From Bugula neritina (taxonomy: Eukaryota; Animalia; Bryozoa), in the NCBI GenBank assembly GCA_964035545.1, contig OZ037767.1:21468628-21532627 (forward strand): 64,000 nucleotides of DNA, given 5' to 3'. Shown piece by piece: positions 50,567 to 62,600 of this stretch. The notes under the pieces are model-generated. The model worked only from the letters and a program-made list of their open reading frames with translations, searched no databases and was not told the origin of the DNA. Each line of letters begins with the position of its first letter. Position 1 is the first letter of the stretch. The position numbers and the translations under genes are program-made.

Positions 50567-52561
50567 GTATGTAGTCTATACACTTAAGCAATTAGCCATC
50601 ATCATGCAATATTATACTTTAGTTTGCATAAAATTCTCATTTGCTACATGCCAACTACATTTGTTTTAGGCAGCAAGAAGATTAATTATAATGTTTACAG
50701 TTTACACATGCCCAAGGTATGTAGGCATAACACAAAAATGTCATGCATTTTACCACCAACTTTATGCAGCAATTTAACTGAAAAATCGCTTGAAACAGCA
50801 CCTAGTTTGAGGCGACTGAAGGCAGCGTTTCGGGGTCTCGGCTTTGGCGTTCGGATAACAGTGTATACACCAACGTACTCAGTCACCTCCAATTTGGTGC
50901 TGCTTCTAGCTACTCCACTTTGAACGCGAAACCTCAAAATCACAATAACCGGACAACAGTCGCCTAACTCCAAGGCATTTATTTATAATAAGAAAATAGT
51001 ATGTATTTTGTCAGATAAATGTTGAATTATCATTCAACGGTAAAATTTATTACGATAGTCTTATGCCTAATGGCTATTCTTGATGCCAATTCATTTGAAA
51101 AAAATAGAAAAATACTGGTAGTGGTTGCAGTTTTAGTATCAAATTCAATATTAAGTTGAATGTGAATAATCATAATCATAATGATGATCATAATGAATAT
51201 AAAATATTATTTATTTACATTAAACAGTATTTAATCTTACCTCGTACCTCTTCTTCTTTAGTACGCACTAGAGCATGTAGCAAGAGGCACGCCTCTACAG
51301 TTTTCGATTACAGGCCAGCAAGTATTTTCAGTCTCAGTGTGTTGCACATAATGATAATCATATGCATCTCTGGTGTATTGACTAATCATTTAGCATAGCA
51401 TTAGGTAATGATAATTGTATATCAATATCAATATGATAGTAAACATAAATATCAGTATGAATTATCTATTTTATAAATGTCATTGTGAATATGTCAATAT
51501 GAATATGAACATGAATAAATATAAATTAAATTAAAAATTAATAATCACAAGGATGATTTATTAATTATGAACTCATTAAATTTATTTTTTTTTATTTATC
51601 ACCTTATCTTTTAGCCTAGAGTTTAGACTGATGGTGATTTATCCAAAATGAAGATGAAAAAATCCAATACTGAGGAATCAGTTTTACTTTTATGGAGACG
51701 TTTTAGTATCAGTAGTAGTAGTACTAGGTCTAGTTATCCCCAGGCCTAAGTGATCACCATGATCACTGGTTCAGAACAAACACTGTTTATTTTATGTTAA
51801 ATCTTTTGATGGCTGATAGGAATCAGGAATATAAGTAAGGAAGGGTACAGATATTGTGACAGTCATTTTAACTTTTCTGAACTAATAGCACAATTTATTT
51901 TCATTAGTAAATATCCTTATCAGAGCTGAGTACAAGTAACATTGACTTGAGTACTTGAAAAATTATGAATCAATTTCAAGTCAACTTGCTAAAACCATTA
52001 ACTTACTCAACTAATCAACATTTTTTGAAACTTTTGATGAACTTGCTAACCTTGAAATTTATGAATTTAGCTTCAAGTTGAGTTTTTTATATACTTACAC
52101 TTTACTTTGAAAATTTTCAACCTCATTTATGGAGAACATTATAACATGATAAACATGATATATTTGTACTAATTCAATTTTAACCTAAGATACAGTAATA
52201 TAGCATAGGACAGTAATGTGAATACAATATGTATATAAATAGTGGTGTAATGGTTTTAAAATATGCAGTTGACAATTTGTATATAGCACATACACTCAGC
52301 TGTTTTTTTTTCAAACCTCTAGACCACTCCAAAAGAAGTCTCAAACAGTCAGATTTAACACATAAATATAATAGTAAGTAATTCAACAGAAAGGATAAAG
52401 CTAAGTCATTTACGTCTTTTTGTTGTGAGCTCATACCACTTGAATATTTCATTAAAAGTCTACAACAACTGCTCCTTAGTGAGCTTCTAATGTTACTATA
52501 ATAATAGATTTATGTGATAGAGCTCATTACACCTTGTTGAATGACTCTAGGCCTGTTGGAT

Positions 52562-55500
52562 ATGCAACTACTTGCAGTCATGAGGCGTATGACCAGTATC
52601 CTTCACAGAGTGAAACCAGCTCTGCCTTGCTGGAGCGGTGGGGGACATTTTTACTCTAAATCTATGAGCTCAGCAGTCAAACCTTTCTACTACCAAGATA
52701 TGTTTGAAGCAGAGAAACCATTAGACACGCCTTTCAGGAAAATCACGTGTAAGATGATATGTAAATGTTGTATTGTTGTAGACTCAGTTTCAAGTTGTTA
52801 CATGTTGGCATTTTATTAGTTAGCTAGAATCACAGCTCCATATATTTTTTACAGCTGACTTTGTATCAACAAGTGTATTTCAAGATAAAAAGATGTTGAT
52901 GATTGAGCCAGACGCTCTTACTCTGTTATGCGAACATGCAATGACAGACATCAGTCACCTATTAAGGCCCGCCCACTTGCAGGTGAGTCCGCCCACTTGC
53001 AGGTGAGTCCGCCCACTTGCAGGTGAGCCCACTTACTTGCAGATTAGTTGAATCACATTTATGAAGTATAATTATCATATGCATGAGTTGTAGCATTACA
53101 TGAATCCAATGGCTGTGTAAGCTAATGTTGTGAGTTTGATTTTTCCAGTCTCTGTCAAACATACTGAAGGATCCCGAAGCTTCACCTAATGACAAGTATG
53201 TTGCCCTTGAGTTTCTAAAGAATGCCAATATTGCTGCCGCTATGGTGCTGCCTGGGTGTCAGGATACAGGCACTGCAATAATTATGGGTAATATGGAATA
53301 CAGTAATATATTATATACAGTGGTATGTATAATACCGTATAATGATATATACGGTAATATTTATACCACTGTATATAATACAGTGGTATATATATTACCG
53401 TATAATGATTTATATGGTAATATATGAGTAGTGTAAACAGTAATAATCGAGTGATATACATAATATTAAATGAATATTATGCGCAGTAACATATGGATAG
53501 TAAAAATTGTAGTTACATAAATTTTTATATGGTAGGTAAGAAAGGCCAGCAGGTGTGGACAGGTGGAGACGATGCACAAGCTCTGTCTCGTGGAGTCTAC
53601 AATACCTATACTACCAAAAATCTGCGCTATTCGCAGGTAGCGCCTCTTGACATGTACACTGAAGTCAACACAGGAACTAATCTTCCCGCTCAAATCGACT
53701 TGTTTGCAACCAGTGGAGACGAATATCATTTCCTTTTCATCGCCAAGGGCGGAGGGTCGGCCAATAAGAGCTTCTTATACCAGCAGACGAAGGCTCTTCT
53801 GAATGAGGAGAAGCTAATGAAGTTTGTCCGGGAAAAAATACAGGTATTTCCTGTCAAGTTCTGGTAGATATAACTCAGCCCTCTGCTAGCTAGGCGTTAC
53901 TCTACCACAACTTGAATCTACTGTAACTTGACTCTATTATGACTTGACTTTACTATGACTTGACCCTACTATAACTTGACTCTGCTAGAACTTAACTGTA
54001 CTAAACTAGATTTGAGTTAACAGTCGACAAGTTTAAAATTTGAATGAATCAAAATTAATTTGTTAAATTTAATTCCTATTTTTCATAGCAAAAGATTCAA
54101 ATTGACTTTTTGAATTGTGCTGAGTTAATAGCATTGAAATGAAAATTCCGAGTTTTGCAACAATTAGCTGTAAATTCTAAACTGCTGAAAAGATTCAATA
54201 GCTATTGTAACTATTATTATTGTTATTATGTTTATTCTGATTGTCTATTTACAGACTATTGGTACGGCTGCATGTCCCCCTTACCATTTAGCTTTTGCCA
54301 TTGGAGGAACTTCAGCTGAGATGAATTTAAAGTGCGTGAAGTTGGCATCTACAAAATACTTTGATAATTTACCTACTTCAGGTACTTAGACTATGTGTAC
54401 CATGCTTATAGAATATAGACTCTTTACCATACTAGTAGTAGACTGTGTACCATACTAGTAGACTGTGTACTATACTAGTAGACTACGTATCATTCTAGTA
54501 GACTGTGTACCATACTAATAGACTGTGTACCATACTAGTAGACTGTGTACCATACTAGTAGACTGTGTACCATACTAGTAGACTGTGTACCATACTAGTA
54601 GACTGTGTACCATACTAGTAGACTGTGTACCATACTAGTAGACTGTGTACCATACTAATAGACTGTGTACCATTTTGCTCAGGTAATGAACACGGCAGAG
54701 CCTTTCGAGATGTCGAATTAGAGCAGAAGATTGAGACGCTGAGTCAGCAGATTGGCATCGGCGCTCAGTTTGGCGGAAAATACTTCGTACATGATGTGAG
54801 GGTTGTGAGACTTCCTCGTCACGGAGCTTCCTGTCCGGTTGGAATGGGCGTGTCTTGCTCTGCTGATAGACAGGTTTATATACTTTTTATATCATATTCT
54901 ATGTCTATTATATCCTATTCTATGTCTATTATATCATATTCTATATCTATTATATCATATTCTATGTCTATTATATCATATTCTATATCTATTATATCGT
55001 ACTCTATATTATATTACATTCTATATCTATTATACCATATTCTATATCTATTATACCATAAATAGAAGAAGTGAGACTATGAGGATGATAATAGTCAAGT
55101 TGAGTCACTGTAAAACTAACCAATACATGTCAGAATCTCTAGCAATTATTAATCCTAATCTTTCAGATACATAGACTTGCTCCAAAGGTTACATATTACA
55201 CCATAATTTTGATTTTAGATGTTTTTTTGATGCTGCTTCTATATTATACTGTACTAGTTTAGCCATCTTCCTGTTTTTTTAGGCGATTGGAAAAATTACC
55301 TCAGAAGGTGTGTTTATTGAGCAGTTAGAAAAGAATCCTGGGAAGTATTTACCTGAGGTGACCTCAGAGTCTCTCAGCTCAGACGTCGTAGAAGTAAGTC
55401 GTAGCATGTTTTTCTGTGGCATTATGGGATATACATATTGTTATACAGCTACTTGAGTTACACAGTAAATATTTCACTAGGTAAACCTTGACCGGCCAAT

Positions 55501-56479
55501 GACTGAAGTCCTCTCGGAACTCTCTCGCTACCCTGTCAAAACGAGACTCAGTTTAACTGGAACTTTGGTCGTGGCAAGAGACATTGCTCATGCAAAGTTG
55601 AAGGAACAGTTAGATAAAGGTGAAGGTCTCCCGGAGTACATGATGAAATATCCAGTTTATTATGCTGGGCCAGCAAAAACGCCTGAGGTATTTTTTTTTT
55701 ATTCATGTTCATCATTTACACCGCCTTTGAGATTAGTTGTGACTCATCGCTTCGGTGTAAACTGTGTTATTATTAATTGTGACTCATCGCTTCAGTGTGA
55801 ACTGTGTGTTATTATTAATTGTGACTCATCACTACAGTGTGAAATATAATTACTAGTTATGACTCATCACTACAGTGTGAACTGTGTATTTATTCAGGGT
55901 TATGCTAGTGGGTCTTTCGGGCCAACGACAGCAGGCCGCATGGACACCTATGTAGAAGAGTTCCAGGCTGCAGGAGGAAGTATGGTGATGCTAGCAAAAG
56001 GAAACCGTAGTAAAGCTGTTACGAAGGCGTGTAAAACTCATGGTGGCTTTTATCTTGGCTCCATAGGAGGTCCTGCAGCAGTTCTTGCGCAAAACAGTAT
56101 TAAGAAAGTAGAGGTGCTGGCATATCCAGAGCTGGGTAGGTACAGAGTAGTGAGTACAGAGTAGTGTGTACAGAGTAGTTAGTACAGAGTAGGTGAGTAC
56201 AGAGTAGTTATTACAGAGTAAGTGAGTACAGAGTAGTGAGTACAGATTAGTGAGTACAGGGTAGTGAGTACAGAGTAGTGAGTACAGAGTAGTGAGTACA
56301 GAGTAGTGGGTACAGAGTAGTGAGTACAGAGTAGTTAGTACAGAGTTTGGTCAATGTAACTACTGTTTGTATGTTTAGGTATGGAAGCTGTGTGGAAGAT
56401 AAAGGTGAAGCAGTTTCCAGCATTTATTGTTGTTGATGATAAGGGAAACGATTTCTTTAAAAATTGGCAGATGGAGTAA
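52562..56479 (+). CDS. Class I (4Fe-4S) fumarate hydratase, FumA/FumB type, with mitochondrial-type presequence (578 aa, 10 exons)
   Basis: Exons 52562-52748, 52855-52982, 53149-53287, 53536-53843, 54255-54381, 54683-54873, 55283-55393, 55481-55687, 55898-56135, 56379-56479 (1737 nt). Motifs [48 protein letters not shown]. Confidence 0.96.
54392..54672. repeat. 20-bp minisatellite (gactgtgtaccatactagta)n filling a fumarase intron
   Basis: Near-perfect copies running up to the acceptor. Confidence 0.95.
56139..56346. repeat. 14-bp minisatellite (gtacagagtagtga)n filling the last fumarase intron
   Basis: Begins immediately after the donor gtaggt. Confidence 0.95.
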
Positions 56480-59294
56480 AGCTTCACCTGAAGCATGCAG
56501 ATCTACCAAGAGACTGGGGGTCAGGGGGTCAAATCACATCAGATGTTACAGACTGGTTTGACTTATTGTATTCAGCTCTTAGCTGTAGACAATTTCTCGC
56601 CTACTCTGATTTAAACACTGAACTTTCTGACATTTACTTGTTTGAAATATAAAATATAAGTCTCTTTAACATTGGTATATAAACAATAACCACCAAGAAC
56701 TTGTATCAATTATATTAGCTGTATTTTTTACTGATGTTTCAGCAATTGGATGTCATCAAAGTAATAACTTTGTCGTGGCATAGAAGCTAAGTATTTATAT
56801 GTGAAGAAAAAAAACTGGGATTTTTATTTTTATAGCTAATGGTAAAAAATAAATATATCAGTTGTCAGACTTTTGATTGGGAAATAAATATATGATGTAC
56901 GTGAGAACGTTGACATAGCCTGCTAGAAGTTGTAGGTGACTGCTATTGGGTGACATTCTATATAAACAAGTTACACTAAGCTGTATCACTCTTATGTTAT
57001 TATATTAATAAACAGCAACTGTACACTTGTAATCATACATTTTCATGAGTTTGTGTAATGAGGTATTGATTTCACAAGCATGAATTCTGCAATTGAGTTT
57101 TAAGTATAGGCTATAACGGTGAATTATCAAAGTTGACACATTGCTTCTATAGCCTTATTTTTACCTAGTCTATTCAAAGATGGTCAGAAGTAGTATGTGC
57201 ACTCTTACCTATAATGGAGTGCTACAAAAATTGCCCCCCCCCCAACACAGGAGCTCCATCTATGTAATGTCAGCAGTTAAGAGGCAGTAGCTTTTATCTT
57301 CTAATCTTTCAAGAATTTGGACTTATATGCAGTTAGTTTCAAAATGATTTATATAAGAATGTGTGAAAACAATGCTATAATGCCAACAAATAAGCTTTTG
57401 TGTGTTATGGTCAAGATTATCTCAAACCCAGTTTTATGTAAAAAATGATAAAACTTCAATTACTATAGCAATTTGCTTTCATAACATAACTTCTTCAGGA
57501 CTGAGGAGCAGACATAGCTCAGCTGCCTTCACCTCATTGCCATGCATAACTGCATAAGCAGTTGGGTGTTGCAAGCTCTGGTGTACATACATAGTAGAGT
57601 ATAGTAGAATGAAGGTTAGACAACTCTTGACACATGTCCAAAGAAAGGAATAAATATTATTATGGTGATATTCGGTAAAGGAGAAACTGAGAAAAGCCTG
57701 TGTTCTAGGTTAAAAATAGAGCAAAATATTTGTGTTTTTGCAGAAACTTCAACTGACGCTTCAAATCAAACTTTAATAATTAAATTAAAGAACTTAGGCT
57801 TTTCCAATTTCTTGACTACTACTAAGTGTACTAGTAGTAGTTGTACTTAATTGTACTAGAGGGCTAGTACTACTACTTGAATACTACTACTTCAACTTGT
57901 ACAAATTTAAAAAATAACAGACTATATCAATATTTATATTATTATCAATCATAATCATTACAAATGTCATTTTCTGACCATGATATTGATAATATTAATA
58001 TTAAATTAATATTATTATAATTATTATTATCAATATTATTAAATTAATATTATTATTAATATTATAATTATTGCTATTAAGTATTAATATTATTAAATTA
58101 ATAATACTATTATAATTATTATTATTAATATTATTGCATTTAATATTAATCATCACCATGTCTAGTATCAGTGATCATCATGATGATCATGATCAACATG
58201 AATAACTAATACTATAATCAACTTCAAAATGATGATCATAATGACTATAAACATAAATATTAATTAAGGTATCATAATCGTAGTTATCATTCTACTGATA
58301 CTGATAGTGGTACTGATTCTCAAATGACATCGAATAATGATTGTGTTAATATTTCATTTTCTTATCATGATCATTATGATTAATATTATGATTATATTTA
58401 ATTTTATGTTTTATGATTATTTGTAAAATTTTAGTTGCCTTAGTTTTTTAGTAAGTAAAACTCAGTAATAATCATAATGAAAACTAGAATAATAATCATG
58501 ATGCTAATCATTATGATTATCAATTCTTCAGTAAATCTAAGCTGATTATAATTAGTACTATAATTAATAATTATTTTTAGTCATTAGCTTTTACCCATTA
58601 CATTAGGCTTAGTTTTGATAGTATTATTTGGATTTATTCTTTTCGAAACAGCTAATCAAAATTATTGTTTAATTCCAATAATAATTAAGAGTGAAAATCA
58701 ACAACTTGATGACACTAAAATAGAAGACAAAACTCAAAGTTCTATTAATAAATATTTAAACTCAACACTCAAAGTCAATGTGATTAGTAATAATAATAAT
58801 AATGACAATAGTTGATGCTATACTCATTACTGTTAGACTTGGTTTTTTTCTGTATATGTGCTAGAAATATTACTTTAATGTTAGATAATATGTTCAACTT
58901 AAGGTTGCAGATAAAGTTTTTCTTGATATACGTATTTATTGCAAATCTATTAAAACTATAGATTTCAGTTTGGTGTTGCAATACCTTGTAAATGTCAGTA
59001 TTTTAATAATCTTGTACAAAACACCACATTGTTCTTCACAAGTATTTTACATACAATGTTTTACATACAGGAACTTGCAATTTAAGTAACTTGTGAAATC
59101 TATACACAAAATTGATGACTAAAATTATAGAAAACAAATTAATTCAGGAAATCTTATCACAACTGCAACTTTGAAATTTTTTTTGATGGCTGTTTTAGTA
59201 AATACATTCAACAAAATAAGTTACGTTTTCATGGGTCATGTCTCTAAAAAAAAGCTAGGAATTATGGAAAACTCAGATTCTTTCTCATGACAAC

Positions 59295-59632
59295 TGTATC
59301 GGTTTGTGCTTTCAGTGTGTGGTTGCAAGATATGCTTTAACTACTAGCCAACTTGGCAACAGGTTTTCGAGTTTATTAACTGTCAAATCGTACCAATATT
59401 GATGCGTGGATAAAAATCTTAGCCATCACAATGCCGAAACCGATAGTTTATTCATACAAAGAGTGTAAATATGGCGGTTTGATCATGATACACTGACTCA
59501 TGCAGTACAGTGAATGAACTAGCTCTGCCAGCTAATAGTAGCTTTGGTGAAAGCTTTTGAAGCTTGAAAGCTTTAATGATTGGCTGCCTGCCAATACATC
59601 TGGGTGGCATACCCGGAAAACGGTTGAATGCA
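59295..59632 (-). repeat. 3' LTR of the BEL/Pao element (about 338 bp, TG...CA)
   Basis: The left edge is defined by identity with 63963-64000; the right edge is inferred from the PPT. AATAAA lies at minus 59377-59372. Confidence 0.75.
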
Positions 59633-59685
59633 AACCCCCTCCAGCGACACGAGCGTACACGCGGCCAAGACGGTAGATCAGTCAT

Positions 59686-62600
59686 TTATGGGTCCACCTC
59701 AGTTAATAAAGCTAATTTATGCACGCTGCGGGTTATGATAGTGTCTTTACAGCCTACATAGTCCCTCAGTTTTCCTGCTACCTCATAGTTTGGTCTGCTG
59801 TAAATCTGTTTTTCTCCTCTCACAATATACGGATCAAAAAGATCTATCATTACATTGTTGAACGGCGGTCCGGTCGTTAGTCGTTCTGTAGGTAGACTTC
59901 CCATCAGTTGATCAGTAAAGCGAGGTTGTTTGAGTCCACACATTTGGCATGATGTTACTATGCCCCTAGCAACCTTAGATCCCTGCATAGTCCAAAACTC
60001 TTCTCGGAATCTTGCGAGTGTTGCATCTCGGCCACGGTGATAGCTGTTTATGTGTGCCTGCCGCATTGCCAAGTAGGTAAAGTAGTGAGAGGTGGGAAAG
60101 ATTGATTGCGTGTGCGTTTTAATCGCTGTCATGGGGTTATGCCTTAGGAGTCCACTGCCTACTATCCATACTCCACTCTCTGCCTTAATGGAGTGAAGTC
60201 TTGTGTATTTTCCTTTAATCTTGTTCAACTCAGAATCTATAGTGCATTGTACATGCTTCAGTAAGTAGAGTTTAGTCTGCCGTGGGTCTGTCACGGTGAC
60301 GAGATCAGGTTGGATTCCCTTCAAACTTTTGTATTTGAAGATGTTGCGAACTCGAGCTATTGCCCATGTTAGACTCTTGAGGCTGCTGAAATTTTCATAT
60401 TTAATAATTGATTGTACTTCTGTTGATGTAGTGACGGTGTAAACTATTTTCTTCTCTCCAAAGACAAGCTCATTCGAGTCAGATGGCGATTTTATATCCC
60501 ATTGATTCTCTGGCAGATAGAGAAAATTTGGGTCTCTCCACCATTCACTAGCAGGTCCAATGTCATTGACAGGCTTCCCTCTTGTAAGCCAATCTGCCGT
60601 GTTTTCCTTGCCACTTACCCAGTGCCAGCGGCTCATATCCCTATTGGTTGCGCCCTGGATTTCTCCAACGCGTACACCCTCGTAAACATGAAACCTTGTT
60701 GACTTCTTTTGGAGCATCTTGAGCACTGTTTCAGAATCTATAAGCTGATAAACTTTCTCAAACTCATAGCGCATTTCAGTCTGAATAACTCGTCTGCCTC
60801 TCTTTGACAATACGGCCGCATTGAGTTCTAGTTGAGGAATCTTTAGTTGTTGTTTCATGGGTGCTATACGACATTTAGCTGTAGCTTTGTTTACCCCTTT
60901 AGCGGTCACTTCAGATTCTGCCCTCTCATTGGCCGAGACAGGCGTGGGTTGTGTGATAGAGGTACTGCTAATAAATTCATACTTTCTTTTAATCTCTATA
61001 GACATGGGTGTAGATTCATTTACTTCTAAAGATCTGTTCAACTGTCCAGAACCGATTTGTTCTGCAGACTCAGTGACTGGGTCTCCCGGGCTCTGTAACG
61101 GGTCTGAGTCATCGGCGAACTCAATCGTACAACATTCAGTGGCTATAGTATGTGATTCACCACAATCTATAATAGCCTGAGGTCTTGAAAATGATTTTGC
61201 AAACTGACTGGGAGATGCGTCGATACTATTGACACTGTAGGCCGGTGAAGAAGCTGTAGACAAGTCCAAATCACAACTGTTGAGCGTGTCAATGTGAATG
61301 CTTTGAGAAAATTCAACTTCCTCTAACTTCTCATGCGTCATGGTAGCCTGTACATGGAAAGATGAGGATGGAAGTGTAGAAAAGTTGCTAAGGGCCGGGT
61401 GTGATCCCTGCACACACAGTCCAAAGGGTCCAGAATATACATAGAGGTGAGGCCCTGCTTGATCAACTTGGTGTTTTGGATGCAATCCAAGAAGATCGTT
61501 ACCAATTAGCAGGTCGATGGGTCCCGTCTTCTTCAATAGCTTGTGAGTATCTACTTTCGGGAAGAGAGATCCGAGGATGTTTGCATCAAGTGGCCTGTTG
61601 ATAGCTCCTGTGAGTTTCCGAAGGCTGTAAGCTAAAATCGCAAAGGTCCTTCCTTTTGGAGTTTGTAACTTTACTTCATAAATAGTAGAAGTTTCGCTAA
61701 CTTCATGTTCACCAAGTGTGTTCATTTCCAAATTCACCTTATCTATCTGTCGCGCACCCCACGCTTTAGCAGCTCTCTCCGATATGAATGAAGCATTGGA
61801 TCCGCCGTCAAAGAATATAATAGCTGTATGAGATGTACCCACTACTTGAGCCTGCTGAATGGCAAATATTGTAGCATTTGCTGGATGATTGTGCGCTCCA
61901 TGATTAGGAGACACACGGACCGTGGTGCTAACAGCAGACGCTTCAGAATTCTCATTACTCTTGTGCTTAATTTGATCAGCTTTTACTTTATTGTTGGTAT
62001 TACAATTGGTATGTGTATTAGTTTCAGCTGATTTGATACACAATAATACATGGTGGGTTGTTTTATCACAGACTGGACAAGGGGTTCGGAAATTTGGACA
62101 GCGCTTAGGCTCATGGGCACCCAAGCACCTAACACATAGAGAATTAGTTTTTATTAACTTGTATCTTTCATCTACAGACAACGCCAAGAAATTTCTGCAC
62201 TCAACAAGACAATGACGCTCACTGCGATGAATAAAACAGTAATTCTCACTATCAATGATTTTGCTATTATTAGTAGACCTGTTACTACTAGACTTTGGGC
62301 CACTGCTTTCAGTGTGGAACGCTTTCACCTTCTGTTTATGCATACTGGAGGACTGCGGGTTTACGGTTTCTATGCGTCTGAGGGCTATCTGCTGTTCCTG
62401 CTCTAGAAACCTCATGAGGTGTGGGAATGGCTTGATTCTCTCCTCGTGAGTAAGTGAGTGAAAGTGTCTATCCCAGTCCCGTCTAATGCTTGTAGGTAAT
62501 AGGTTTGCAAGAGTATCGACTTGTGGCAGTGTAACAGTTTGCAAAAGTCCCACTTCACCGAGTTGGCTGTACGAGCTTTCCACTGCGTTGGCCATTTTGA

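Noticed and set aside
52562-56479. Bacterial contamination as the source of the fumA-like gene
   Set aside because: Nine GT-AG introns with host-type minisatellites and an N-terminal presequence.
57770-58950. Very AT-rich tract with short palindromes (similar to 14500-15780 and 51100-51720)
   Set aside because: Low complexity with no definable unit, ORF or termini; probably promoter-proximal intron or intergenic DNA.
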